Positions 39,462-49,474 of a stretch of 64,000 nt of DNA are shown in pieces. This DNA is from an uncultured delta proteobacterium. Lineage in GTDB: Bacteria; Myxococcota; Kuafuiibacteriia; Kuafuiibacteriales; Kuafuiibacteriaceae. Both the position numbers and the translations under genes were made by a program. Numbering within the stretch: the stretch's first letter is position 1; each line of letters starts with the position of its first letter. The stretch is from NCBI GenBank assembly GCA_963803435.1, contig CAWDML010000007.1, forward strand, positions 384,001-448,000. Reading direction: 5' to 3'. The notes under the pieces are model-generated. The model was not told where the DNA came from and did no database searches. It saw only the letters and a list, made by a program, of their open reading frames with translations.

Positions 39462-40811
39462 GTGAGACGCGTCCTCCGGTCGGGCGTTCCGCCCTTCCTC
39501 TTCACGCTGGCTGCGGGCGCCTTCGCCGCGTGTGCGCTCGGCGGATGCCGGCCGAGCCGTCCAATCATCGGCTCTGTGAAGCCGGGAGCGCCGCTGACCA
39601 TCGGCGCGGCGCTTCCCCTGTCCGGGAACCTGAAGGCGTTCGGCGAGGGCGGTCGAGATGCGGTCCGGCTCGCGGCCGGCGAGCTGGACAAGCGTGCGGA
39701 GCCGCGGATCCACGCCGCCGTGCGTGACTCGCTGGGAGACGCGGCCGGCGCGGCGAAGGCGGTCGAGGCGCTCGTGCTCGAGGACGGCGCCATCGCCATC
39801 GTCGGCCCCCTGTTTCGCTCCGAGGCGACGGAGGCCGCCGACAAAGCCCAGGAGCTGGGGGTCCCGCTGCTCGCCCTGACCAGCGACCGCGAGGTCGCGA
39901 GCGCGGGCTCCTACGTGTTCGGTGCGGGCGTGTCGCCCGAGGACGAGATGGACGCCCTGGTCGCCTACGCGATGGACGAGCTCAGGCTCAAGACCTTCGC
40001 GGTCCTCCATCCTCGCATCGAATACGGAGAACGGATGCTGCAGCTCTTCCGCGAGCGCGTCGAAGAGCGCGGCGGCACCATCCAGGCGATCGAGTCCTAC
40101 CAAGCCGAGGACACCACCTTCACCGAGCCGATCCAGCGCCTCGTGAAGCGCGATGATCCCGCAGCGCGCGCCGACTATCAGCAGGCGATCGCCAAGTGCG
40201 AGGACGCTCCCGATAACTATCGAAAGGCGCGCTGTCAGCGGGAGGTGCGGGAGCAGCTGCCTCCCATCATCGAGTTCGAGGGCCTCTTCATCCCGGACGG
40301 CCACCAACGGATCGCGCTCATCGCTCCGGCGGTGGTGGCCGAGGACATCATCGTCCAGCACGACCCCAAGGCGCTGCAGCAGATCGAGAAGACGCTGGGC
40401 CGCAAGGTCCAGCCGATCACACTGCTGGGAACGAGCGCGTGGAACTCACCCGAGCTGCCCAAGAAGGCCGGCCGGGCGGTCGAGAGCGCGATCTTCGCCG
40501 ACGTCACCTTCGACGGCGCCAAGGACGAGGCGACCCGACGCTTCGTCGCGCGCTTCCAGAGTCGCTTCAAGCGCGCTCCCGAGCGGCCCGAGGCGCTCCT
40601 TTACGACGCCACGCGCATCGTCGTGGAGGCGCTGACCGCCGAGCACCCCGCCAACACCGACGACCTTCGCCGGGCGATCCATGCGCTCCACGGCTTCCGC
40701 GGCGTCACCGGTGAGATCTCGTTCGAGGACGGAACCGCGGCGCAGCGAAAGTTCAAGATCCTCACGATCGAGGATCAGACGATCCGCGAGGTGCGCGCCA
40801 ACGAGGGATGA
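39462..40811 (+). CDS. Periplasmic binding protein type 1 (LpoA/LivK-like)
   Basis: IGAALPLSG..GE, IVGPL, YDA, FRGVTGEISF. Confidence 0.82.
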   Translation: MRRVLRSGVPPFLFTLAAGAFAACALGGCRPSRPIIGSVKPGAPLTIGAALPLSGNLKAFGEGGRDAVRLAAGELDKRAEPRIHAAVRDSLGDAAGAAKAVEALVLEDGAIAIVGPLFRSEATEAADKAQELGVPLLALTSDREVASAGSYVFGAGVSPEDEMDALVAYAMDELRLKTFAVLHPRIEYGERMLQLFRERVEERGGTIQAIESYQAEDTTFTEPIQRLVKRDDPAARADYQQAIAKCEDAPDNYRKARCQREVREQLPPIIEFEGLFIPDGHQRIALIAPAVVAEDIIVQHDPKALQQIEKTLGRKVQPITLLGTSAWNSPELPKKAGRAVESAIFADVTFDGAKDEATRRFVARFQSRFKRAPERPEALLYDATRIVVEALTAEHPANTDDLRRAIHALHGFRGVTGEISFEDGTAAQRKFKILTIEDQTIREVRANEG

Positions 40812-40873
40812 TCCGTCGCGGATCTACGTGTGCCTGAGCGCCAGCGGTCAAATGGACCGTTGCCACGACGGGT

Positions 40874-43800
40874 TCAGTACCAATTGCCGATCGCCGCCGT
40901 ACTGCACGAACCGTTCCCGTTGAAGAGCACACCGGCAGCCGCGTTGATGTCACTGAAGGCACTGTTCGAGCCGAAGCTCCAGCGGTGCGACGCCGAGCCG
41001 CACGTGCACGAGCCGCCGATGTTCACGTCCGTGTAGCTCCCTCCGCACGCCTGGGCGCAGTTCGTGACGCCGTAGTGCACGTTGCAGGCGTCGATCGCGC
41101 CCTGGACGGAGCTGGGATTGGAAGGACGGTCGTTGAAGAAGATGATCCCGGTCCCGGTGCTGTGCTCGTAGCCTCTCGCTCCGCAGCCACCGTTGATGTC
41201 GGCCTCGACGCTCTCGCGGGCGTCCATGATGCCGTTGTAGCAGTGACCCTGGATCTTCTGGACCACCGTCTCACCTTCGGGCCCGACGGCGTCCGTCGCA
41301 TTGCCGCCGAAGAGGTAGATCTTCCCGTTGAGGTAGGCGGACGCCGAGCGATCGAAGGGACGAACGAGGCGCTGCGGAGCGGCGATCTCATTGAGGAGCG
41401 TGGAGCTGTCGATGCCGAACGACCACACGCGGGAGGTCAGACTGGCGCCGTCGCGGCCGGCAAAGACGCCGATCTGCTGGTTGTGGATGAGGAACGCCGA
41501 AGAGTAAGCGGCGGGGATCGCGGCCTGGCTCACCGCCACCCAGGCGTTGTTCCGCAGGACCAGCGCGTTCGAGATCGGTTGATCGGCGGCGTCGCGACCG
41601 CCCAGGACCCAGACCTCGCCGTGATGCGCGACCGCCGCGGCCCCGGTGCGCGCCGCAGGTAGCACGGGGCCCGTCCGCCAGACGTCATCGGTCGTCGAGT
41701 AGATCTCGACGGTCTGCAGGGCGCCGTTGTTGTATCCGCCCACCACGTAGATGTCAGTGCCCACCAGCGTCACTGCAGGATCGCGACGAGCGCTGGTCAT
41801 CGGGGTGCGTTCGAGCCACGCGTTCGTGACCGGGTCGTACGCGCGCATGTTGGCGACCGCGTTCCCAAAGTTGTTCGCACCGCCGATCGCGTAGACGTAA
41901 TCGCCCACCGCCGCGGCCTTCAGCCCGTTCTGATAGCTCGGCAGGTCGGGAAGCGGGGCGTAAGTCTCGGTCTCGGGATCGAAGGCCCAGGCGCTGAGCT
42001 CCTCTTGGAAGTTGCGGCCGCCGAACAGATAGATGCGGCCGTTCAACGCCGCAGCTGCGTGCATGAAGCGGGCTGCGGGCGCCGGCGCCAGCGTGCGTAC
42101 GTAGTCCTGGCTCTGCGTGAAGTAGATGGCGGTATCCGTGATGCCGGAGGGGAGTTGGCCGCCGATGAACCACGCCTCCGCTTCGACGGTGTCCACGGTT
42201 CCTGGGCGCTCGATGGTGACCGCGGCGCCCGAGTAGCGGGGCGCGTCGAGGGGCCTGCGCTCGCGCCAGGCATCGTCCTCCACGATGTACTCCTCGACCA
42301 CGGCGGTGGCCGCGCCACCGAGCAGGCGCCCGCCGGCCACCACGATGCCGGAGTAGCCGCCGCTCACGGCGCCGGCGTTGGAGAGCCCGGTGATGGCGGC
42401 GAAAGAGCGGGGCGTGGGGAGCGGCGCCGCGGTGGTCCAGGAGTCGTCCGCGGGATCGTAGACGTCGACGGCCGAGATGGGCGTGCCGGCGGCGTCTTCA
42501 CCCCCGACCAGGTAGATGCGTCCCGCCACCTCGACCGCGCCGAAGCCATGCCGCGCCCGCGGCATCTGCGCGACCTGATTCGTCCACGAGTTGCTGGCCG
42601 GCGAAAAGACCTCGACGTTGGTGAGGACCGAGCCGCCGTTGGTCTTGCCGCCGAACACGTAGATCTCACCGTTGTGGCTCACCGCCGCCAGCCCGAAGCG
42701 CGTGGTCGGCATCGGGGCGCGCGCCTCCCAGCCGGCGCTCACGCCCGGCTCCAGGCGCTCGATGAGGTTCGTGGGCGTGCCGTTGTTCTCGCCGCCGACG
42801 ATGTAGATGTAGCGCCCGTCGCTCGCCATGGCCGCCTGCGCGCGGGCCTGCACCAGGGAGGGGAGCGTGGTCCACGCGTTGTCGAGGTAGTCGTACCGGT
42901 AGGCGCCGGCCTGGGGCGCAGTCCCGTCGGAGCCGCCGACGACGTAGAGCGATCCGCCCAGCCGAACCGCCGCGGGCTGGATGACGGGGTCGCTGAGCGT
43001 CGTCCCCGCCTGCCAGCGGTTGCCCTCCGACGTGATCTCGTAGGTGGCGTTCACCGGGTTCGGCTCCCAGTTCCCCGCCTCGTCGAGGGCGCGGAACCTG
43101 AGCGTCGTATCGTCGAAGATCCGGAACGACTTCACCGACTCGAAGCTCGGCGAATACTCGTCGGGGTCCGCGCCGTCGGTCGTGTAGTAGACCGTCGCGG
43201 GTTCGTTGGTGGCCACCTGAACCGTGATGCCGTTCAGGAACACGCCGCCCGCCGGGGTCAGGCTGGTGGTGGGGGGCGTGATGTCATAGACGATCCGGAC
43301 CTCGACGGTCGCACTGCTCTGTGCTTGATCCACGCTTCGGATCACGAAGACGTTCACACCGGGCGTCAGGTTGAGCACGACGCTCCAGGTCGCGTCCGGG
43401 TTCTGGCTCACGGCCTCGAGGCCGTTGATCTCGATGGAAGCGCCGGAGGGTTTGGTGCCGGTCAGCGTCAGCATGCCGACGTTGGTGGGGGTGACGTACG
43501 GATCGATCCCGGGCGGCTCGATACAGCCACCGATCGGGGTGCCGACGCACGCGCCGGCCACGCAGGCGTCGTTCGTGCATGCGTTGCCGTCGGTGCACGA
43601 GCCGGCCTGGGCGGTGTGGCTGCACCGGTTGCGAGCGAAGTCGAACGCGTCGAGCGTGCAGGGGTTGGCGTCGTCGCAGAGGACGGTGTCGTCGATGATC
43701 TCGCAGGTTCCGTTGTTGCAGATGTAGCCCGGGTCGCAGACGCCGGTGGTGTTGTTGGTGGAGCACTCCACGCCCGCGCTGATGCACGTGCCGGCGATGC

Positions 43801-44893
43801 AGTCGTATCCGCTCGCGCACAGCCCTGTCGGGTTGGTGGCCGAGCACAGCAGCATGTCGTCGCGGCAGATGCCGTCGAGGCACGTCTGATTCGCGCCGCA
43901 GCTCTGGCAGCCGGGGTTGAAGGGCTCGCAGGTGCCGCCCTGGCAGGTCTCGCCGTCGGGGCACAGGCCGGTCTGGTTGGTGGAGGAGCAGAGGAGCGCC
44001 GGATCGGTGCACGTCCCTTCGAGACAGGTGTCGCCGCCGGCGCAGAGCCCGGTCGGGTTGGAGGCGGAGCAGACCATGCTCTGGTCGAGGCAGGTGCCGT
44101 CGAGGCACGCCATGCCGGTGGCGCACGCGCCCGTCGGGTTGCTCTGGGAGCAGAGCCCCGCCGCGTCGATGCAGGCGCCGTTTAGACAGCTCTGTCCCGT
44201 GGGACAGAGACCCGCCGGCTGGCCGGAGCTGCACAGGAGATTGTCCGCCGTGCAGGTGCCGTCGAGACACGTCTTGCCGGTGGCGCAGGCGCCCGCGGGG
44301 TTCGACGGGCTGCAGAGGTCGGCGTTGTCGATGCAGGTCCCGTCGATGCAGACCTGCATGGCGGGACAGAACCCGAGCGGGTCGGCGGCCGAGCAGGGGT
44401 TGTCGGTGGCGCACGTCCCTTCGTGACAGGTCAGCGGCATGGCGCAGAGGCCGTTGAGGTTGCTGGCGCTGCACAGCTCCGCGATCGGATGGCAGCCGCC
44501 GTCGACGCACGATTGGTTGGTGTCGGCGCACAACCCGGTCGGGTTGGCGGAGGAGCGAATCAGACCGTTGTCAATGCACTGCCCGCCGCGGCACGTCGTG
44601 TTCCCGTCGCAGGTGCCGTTGGGATGGGCGCTGCTGCAGGCCATGTCGGGATCCATGCAGGTGCCGCCGACGCAGGACTGGGCCGGGTTCGCGCACAGCC
44701 CGTTGGGGTTCGAGGCGCTGCACAGGAGGCTGTCGTCGACGCACTGCCCGGCGCGGCACGTCTGACCGGTCTGGCAGGTGCCGGTGGGACGGCTGGCACT
44801 GCAGGCGTCACCGCCCGGAGGCGCGTCGCGGCCCGAACAGCCGGCCATCACGAGGACGGCGAGTGAGGCGAGGAGAGGGTGAGCGTTTTTCAC
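40874..44893 (-). CDS. Large lipoprotein: ~14 Cys-rich repeats, Ig/FN3-associated domain, multiple Kelch propellers
   Basis: MAGC lipobox; CSxxNPxGxC repeats; VYYTTDGADP; many YVVGG/YVFGG...W Kelch blades. Confidence 0.85.
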   Translation of the reverse strand: MKNAHPLLASLAVLVMAGCSGRDAPPGGDACSASRPTGTCQTGQTCRAGQCVDDSLLCSASNPNGLCANPAQSCVGGTCMDPDMACSSAHPNGTCDGNTTCRGGQCIDNGLIRSSANPTGLCADTNQSCVDGGCHPIAELCSASNLNGLCAMPLTCHEGTCATDNPCSAADPLGFCPAMQVCIDGTCIDNADLCSPSNPAGACATGKTCLDGTCTADNLLCSSGQPAGLCPTGQSCLNGACIDAAGLCSQSNPTGACATGMACLDGTCLDQSMVCSASNPTGLCAGGDTCLEGTCTDPALLCSSTNQTGLCPDGETCQGGTCEPFNPGCQSCGANQTCLDGICRDDMLLCSATNPTGLCASGYDCIAGTCISAGVECSTNNTTGVCDPGYICNNGTCEIIDDTVLCDDANPCTLDAFDFARNRCSHTAQAGSCTDGNACTNDACVAGACVGTPIGGCIEPPGIDPYVTPTNVGMLTLTGTKPSGASIEINGLEAVSQNPDATWSVVLNLTPGVNVFVIRSVDQAQSSATVEVRIVYDITPPTTSLTPAGGVFLNGITVQVATNEPATVYYTTDGADPDEYSPSFESVKSFRIFDDTTLRFRALDEAGNWEPNPVNATYEITSEGNRWQAGTTLSDPVIQPAAVRLGGSLYVVGGSDGTAPQAGAYRYDYLDNAWTTLPSLVQARAQAAMASDGRYIYIVGGENNGTPTNLIERLEPGVSAGWEARAPMPTTRFGLAAVSHNGEIYVFGGKTNGGSVLTNVEVFSPASNSWTNQVAQMPRARHGFGAVEVAGRIYLVGGEDAAGTPISAVDVYDPADDSWTTAAPLPTPRSFAAITGLSNAGAVSGGYSGIVVAGGRLLGGAATAVVEEYIVEDDAWRERRPLDAPRYSGAAVTIERPGTVDTVEAEAWFIGGQLPSGITDTAIYFTQSQDYVRTLAPAPAARFMHAAAALNGRIYLFGGRNFQEELSAWAFDPETETYAPLPDLPSYQNGLKAAAVGDYVYAIGGANNFGNAVANMRAYDPVTNAWLERTPMTSARRDPAVTLVGTDIYVVGGYNNGALQTVEIYSTTDDVWRTGPVLPAARTGAAAVAHHGEVWVLGGRDAADQPISNALVLRNNAWVAVSQAAIPAAYSSAFLIHNQQIGVFAGRDGASLTSRVWSFGIDSSTLLNEIAAPQRLVRPFDRSASAYLNGKIYLFGGNATDAVGPEGETVVQKIQGHCYNGIMDARESVEADINGGCGARGYEHSTGTGIIFFNDRPSNPSSVQGAIDACNVHYGVTNCAQACGGSYTDVNIGGSCTCGSASHRWSFGSNSAFSDINAAAGVLFNGNGSCSTAAIGNWY

Positions 44894-44986
44894 GGGAGTC
44901 GCCCCGAGTAGTACGCCGCCGGCGAAGATCTCTTCCTCCCGTTGGTCCGTCGACAGCCTACGAGCGTTTTGGTAACCCAGGCGTCC

Positions 44987-45325
44987 ATGATCGTCGCCTG
45001 CCCCCATTGCAAAGCGGCCGTGTTCCCCAAGCCGGATCAGAGCTGTCCGAGCTGCGGAGGCTCGACCACCGGTGGTGTGGAGCCAGCGCGGGTGGGCCAG
45101 GCCGAGGCGATCCTGCGGGCGCGGGAGCTCGAGGAGATGGAGCGGTCCCGAAATCGCGGAGGCGCGGGCAGCCGCCGGCTGCTCGGCATCACGCTGATCG
45201 CCGCAGGCTTGCTGTCCAGCATCTGGTCGCTGGCCACTGCCGCTCACGGCGGAACGTACATCGTGTGGACCGGCGCGATCGTCGTGGGAACGCGGCTCAT
45301 CCTCCGGGGCTCATCCGAGCGGTGA
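44987..45325 (+). CDS. Small zinc-ribbon membrane protein
   Basis: CPHC..CPSC, two TM segments. Confidence 0.65.
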   Translation: MIVACPHCKAAVFPKPDQSCPSCGGSTTGGVEPARVGQAEAILRARELEEMERSRNRGGAGSRRLLGITLIAAGLLSSIWSLATAAHGGTYIVWTGAIVVGTRLILRGSSER

Positions 45326-45547
45326 CGGCCGGACCTGGCCGGACCACCCGGCCAGCACGCGGTCCGCCATGTCGGCGTCGTCGGAGATGAGACCGTCTGC
45401 GCCGCACTCGGCGAGGCGGCGGGGAGGAGCAGCCCGTTCGTCCAGATCGCTCTTTGGGAGCTCACGGTCCAGAGCCTCATGCGTTCGCCTCGTTATCGCC
45501 GTCACCTCCGCATCGTGTTGTCGATCATCGTCCGAGTGGACGCGCAG

Positions 45548-46967
45548 TCACGCTCGATCGACCGATCCGTAGGTGACGCCGTCCGCCCAGCACGCGTGAA
45601 AGCCGAGCGGGATCCGGTGAGGTGCTTCGAGGACCGCGACCGGCTTCGGGTCCATGGTCTCGGCGTCGTAGAGGACGATCTCGGAGCGAGACACCCGCTC
45701 GTCGTGGACAAAGGAGACGAGATAACCGTCGTCCTCGCGGCAGGCGCCGATGCGCGGGGCGAACGGAGACTCGCTGCCGAAACGGCCCTCGCCGAACGAG
45801 ACCTGCCGGGAGGCGCCGGTCTCGAGATCGTACTTGACGATCCCGTCGAAGCGCAGGGTCGGCGTCTTCGCGAGGCTCATGTGATAGCTGTAGCGGCCGC
45901 GCCGGCCGACGTGCGCTTGGTTGACGGAAGGGAACTCGCAGTTGCGATCGTCGAGACGTCGCTCGCGGGTCTCGCCGGTGGACAGATCGAAGCGCCACTC
46001 GTGGAGTGTCGCCGACACCCTCAGGTTGGCCATCATGCGCGCCCACTCGCCGTCGCGCGGATCCGGATCGGGGATCGGATCGTCGACACGGCAAGCGACC
46101 ATCACCACCTGGTCGCCCTCCTCCCAGCAGTGCACGGAGTGGTAGATGTAGCAGGGCTCGGCGGTGAACCAGCGTACCGACTCGCTCGACCCGCGACGCG
46201 GGATCACCGCGAACCGAGCCGGCTGATCGCGGACGAAGTCGACCAACCACCGTCGCTCCGCCAGCGCTTCCGGACGGAACACGATGGGCAGGTCCATCAG
46301 CACGGCATGCCGCTCGCTGGCAGCCATGTCGTGCGGCAGGCGCGGTCCCGGAAGTGGCACGTCGATCCGATGCGCGAGCTGGCCGCCGGCGTCGACCTCG
46401 CCGTACCGCATGAACGGCGGCGTCGGCCCGTACTCGAAGAAGAGGAGCTCGCCGTTGGGTGTCGGGCTTGGCGTGCGCGGAGATGCGCGCCGGGCGCTCG
46501 CGCCCGAACGCGTCTGGACCGATGGTCTCGAGGCTCGAGGCGTCGATGCGGTAGGGCACGCCGGCGATGTACCAGAGCGCCAGCAGGGAACCGTTGTGGA
46601 AGAGGACGTCGGTGTTGGCGGTGTCCTTGTAGGGCTGCGCCTGCCGGGTTGTCGCGCGTCGACTCGAGCAGGCCGCTCCACAGGCTGCGCTCCGCCAGCG
46701 CCTCGCGCTCGCCAGGCCTCGGTGCGCACCCAGCGGTTGCGATAGCGGGCGCGCGCCGTCCTCGAGATAGAGGGCGTGCAACATGCCGTCGCCGTCGAAC
46801 CAGTGATATCGACCGCGCGGTTGATGGCGCGGGTTGGGCCCGTTGCGAACGTACGCTCCGGCGAGATCGCGGGGCAGGGCGCCGTCGAGCACGCGCAGCG
46901 GCGCAGCGTCGAGCTCCTCGGCGATCGGAGCAAAGCTCCCGATGAGGTACGGGCTGGGAGACATCAT
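45548..46967 (-). CDS. Carotenoid/lignostilbene cleavage dioxygenase (RPE65 family); several frameshifts 46450-46750
   Basis: RNGPNP, HWFDGDGMLH, TANT, SAHAK, PHD, EFP, SESPF, EDDGY, IPLGFHA.W spread across frames. Confidence 0.88.
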
Positions 46968-47081
46968 TGTGGGCGATTCTGGCACAACACGCCGAGGATG
47001 CGTCCTCTGTGAGCATACGAAGGGAGAGGGGGCCGCTTCATCATCCGGTCACCGTCGTACGACTCAGTCTGTGGAGGTCAA

Positions 47082-47894
47082 ATGCTCAAGGCTCGATTTC
47101 TGCTGATTCTCGCTACGTGCTTCGGCTTCGGAGCGATCCTGACGCCGGCATGCCGATCCCAGAACGACACCGGGTCACGGAGCGTCCAAGGCGCCCTGAA
47201 CACCGCCCAGTTCTCGCTCAGAGACGCGCAGGTGATCGCGGTGGCGACCAGCGGCCACACGGTGCGGGCCCCGCTGGCAGCCGATGGTAGCTTCCAGGTC
47301 ACGCTCGTCGTCGGCGAGCGTTATCAGCTCCGGTTCGCGAACTCGACCTCCACCGACGGCATCTATGACGCGTTCGCGGTGCTCGCCCTTCAGGGCGGAC
47401 AGCGCCACGTCTTCGACGTCGTGGCGGGTCCTCCGGTGGAGCTGGGCCGCGTGGGGTTGCTCGGTACCGTGCGGACCACGAAGACCCTGACGGCCGCGAC
47501 CAGCGGAGGCAACGACGACGACGCGGACGACGATGAGATGGACGACAACGACGACGGCGATGACCAAGACGGCCAGCACGATGACGACGTGGACCAGGTC
47601 TGCGATCTGTCGGGCGGCGCCGACATGGCCGACGTCGAGGCCGAGAACGATCCGACCGGAGAGATCTGCGACTGCGAGGACGGCGACGCGCTCCGCACGC
47701 GCTCCTCCGACGACGATGACGGCGATGACGACGACATGACCGACAGCTCGACGGTCTCGGACGACGACGACGACATGGCCTCGGATCACGACTCGAATGA
47801 CGACGCCGATGACGACGACATCGACCAACCGTGCGACCAGGGCCCCCAGAACGGTGAAGGTGGCGACACCACGCCGGTGCCCGGCGGCGTCTGA
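47082..47894 (+). CDS. Lipoprotein with extremely Asp-rich C-terminal half
   Basis: TPAC lipobox; long DDD tracts with interspersed Cys. Confidence 0.75.
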   Translation: MLKARFLLILATCFGFGAILTPACRSQNDTGSRSVQGALNTAQFSLRDAQVIAVATSGHTVRAPLAADGSFQVTLVVGERYQLRFANSTSTDGIYDAFAVLALQGGQRHVFDVVAGPPVELGRVGLLGTVRTTKTLTAATSGGNDDDADDDEMDDNDDGDDQDGQHDDDVDQVCDLSGGADMADVEAENDPTGEICDCEDGDALRTRSSDDDDGDDDDMTDSSTVSDDDDDMASDHDSNDDADDDDIDQPCDQGPQNGEGGDTTPVPGGV

Positions 47895-47900
47895 GCACCG

Positions 47901-49469
47901 TCACGGGCAGGCAAAGAGGCTGGGAGTGGCGGTACCCGTGCCGGTCGGGAGACCGTTGCCCAGCTCGCCATAGCCGTTCGCGCCGAAGCAGACGATCGCA
48001 CCTTCGACCGTGGTCGCACAGGTATGGCGCCGGCCGCCGGCGACGTCCAGGACCGGTCCGATCCCCTGCGGTACGACGGGGGCGGGGATGGGCGGACCGG
48101 TGACACGCTGGCCGAGCTGGCCCTCCTCGTCGTTACCCCAGCAATGGAGCGTACCTTCACGATCGATGGCGCAGCTGTGGTCGTCCATGGAGCTGATGGC
48201 GACGATCGGATCGCCTGCGCCCCCGATGTTGACCACCTGGGCCGGCACGGGTTGCGCGCCGCCGGTGAAGTTGCGTCCAAGCTGGCCGCTCGCGTTTCGT
48301 CCCCAGCACCAGACCGTGCCGTCGTCGCGAAGACCGCACGTGTGCCAGTCTCCCGCGGCCACGTCGACGACGTGATCGATCGTCACCACCTGCGTCGGCG
48401 TGGGCGTGCTGGTGGACGTCATGCCGACGCCGAGCTGGCCGTCCCCGTTCAACCCCCAGCACCAGACGAAGCCGTCGACGATGGCACAGGTGTGGAAGCC
48501 GCCGCTGGTCAAATCGCTGACGTGGCCGGACGGAAGGCCCGCCACCCGCGTCGGCAGCTGAACGTCCGGGCGCGGCGCCGGACCGGGCAGCCCCACCTGC
48601 TGGTCCTGATCTCTTCCCCAGCACCAGACCTGATCCCCCGCGGTGCGTGCACACGAGTGGTAGCCGCCGAGCGCGAGCTGCACGATGTCTTCTGGAGCTC
48701 CGGCGCGCGACAGGGGTGAGGGGACGTCGCCGGTGACAGCCTCTCCGAGGCCGAGCTCTCCGTCCGCGTTCGAGCCCCAACAGAAGAGATCGTTCGCCAC
48801 GGTCGCACAGGCGTGGAAGGCGCCGCAGGAGATAGTGCGCGCGGCATCGGGCAACCCGACCTGCACGGGGATCCGCCGAACGCCGCCGGCCAGACCGTCG
48901 CCGATCTGACCGTGGTCGTTGCGTCCGGCGCAGAAGACCGCGCCCGAGGCCGTGCGAGCGCAGGTCTCGAACTCGTTCGACGTGAGCTCGGCGAAGCAGA
49001 TGCACCGATCACCCCGGCAGGTGAGCCCGTCCTGGCAGCTCGCCGCAGCACAGCACGGATCTCCGGCACCTCCGCAGGCAGGGGCGGCGTCGGGCAAGCC
49101 GGTGTCGTTCGGCCCTGCGTCCTCGACCTCGCCGGAATCCGGGCCGCCGTCCTTCATCGTCACCGCGCCCGAGTCGACCGCGCCGGCATCGCCCGACGGA
49201 GCTGGCCCGCAGCGTCCCTCCACGCAGACCAGCTCGTCATCGCACACCGGCTGGTAGCTTCGACACACACCGCCGTTCTCACCCGAGCCGTCGTCCTCGA
49301 CACACACGTTCTGGACGCATCGAAAGCCTTCCGCGCAGAGCCCGGCGGAGTCGCAGCGCTTCCGGCTCGAATCGACCTCAAAGCTGCAGCCGAAGAGCCA
49401 TAGAGCGAGCGCGAGCCCGACCGGTAGACGGCGCACAATCGGGGTCGAGCCTAGCATCATGGTCTCCAT
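47901..49469 (-). CDS. RCC1-repeat lipoprotein with Cys-rich N-terminus
   Basis: Repeated HTCA...VWCWG.N..GQLG. Confidence 0.88.
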   Translation of the reverse strand: METMMLGSTPIVRRLPVGLALALWLFGCSFEVDSSRKRCDSAGLCAEGFRCVQNVCVEDDGSGENGGVCRSYQPVCDDELVCVEGRCGPAPSGDAGAVDSGAVTMKDGGPDSGEVEDAGPNDTGLPDAAPACGGAGDPCCAAASCQDGLTCRGDRCICFAELTSNEFETCARTASGAVFCAGRNDHGQIGDGLAGGVRRIPVQVGLPDAARTISCGAFHACATVANDLFCWGSNADGELGLGEAVTGDVPSPLSRAGAPEDIVQLALGGYHSCARTAGDQVWCWGRDQDQQVGLPGPAPRPDVQLPTRVAGLPSGHVSDLTSGGFHTCAIVDGFVWCWGLNGDGQLGVGMTSTSTPTPTQVVTIDHVVDVAAGDWHTCGLRDDGTVWCWGRNASGQLGRNFTGGAQPVPAQVVNIGGAGDPIVAISSMDDHSCAIDREGTLHCWGNDEEGQLGQRVTGPPIPAPVVPQGIGPVLDVAGGRRHTCATTVEGAIVCFGANGYGELGNGLPTGTGTATPSLFACP

Positions 49470-49474
49470 ACACG

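Noticed and set aside
44958-44975. Fourth copy of the TTAC-N9-GTAA operator
   Set aside because: Reads CTAC-N10-GTAA: wrong spacing and a mismatch.
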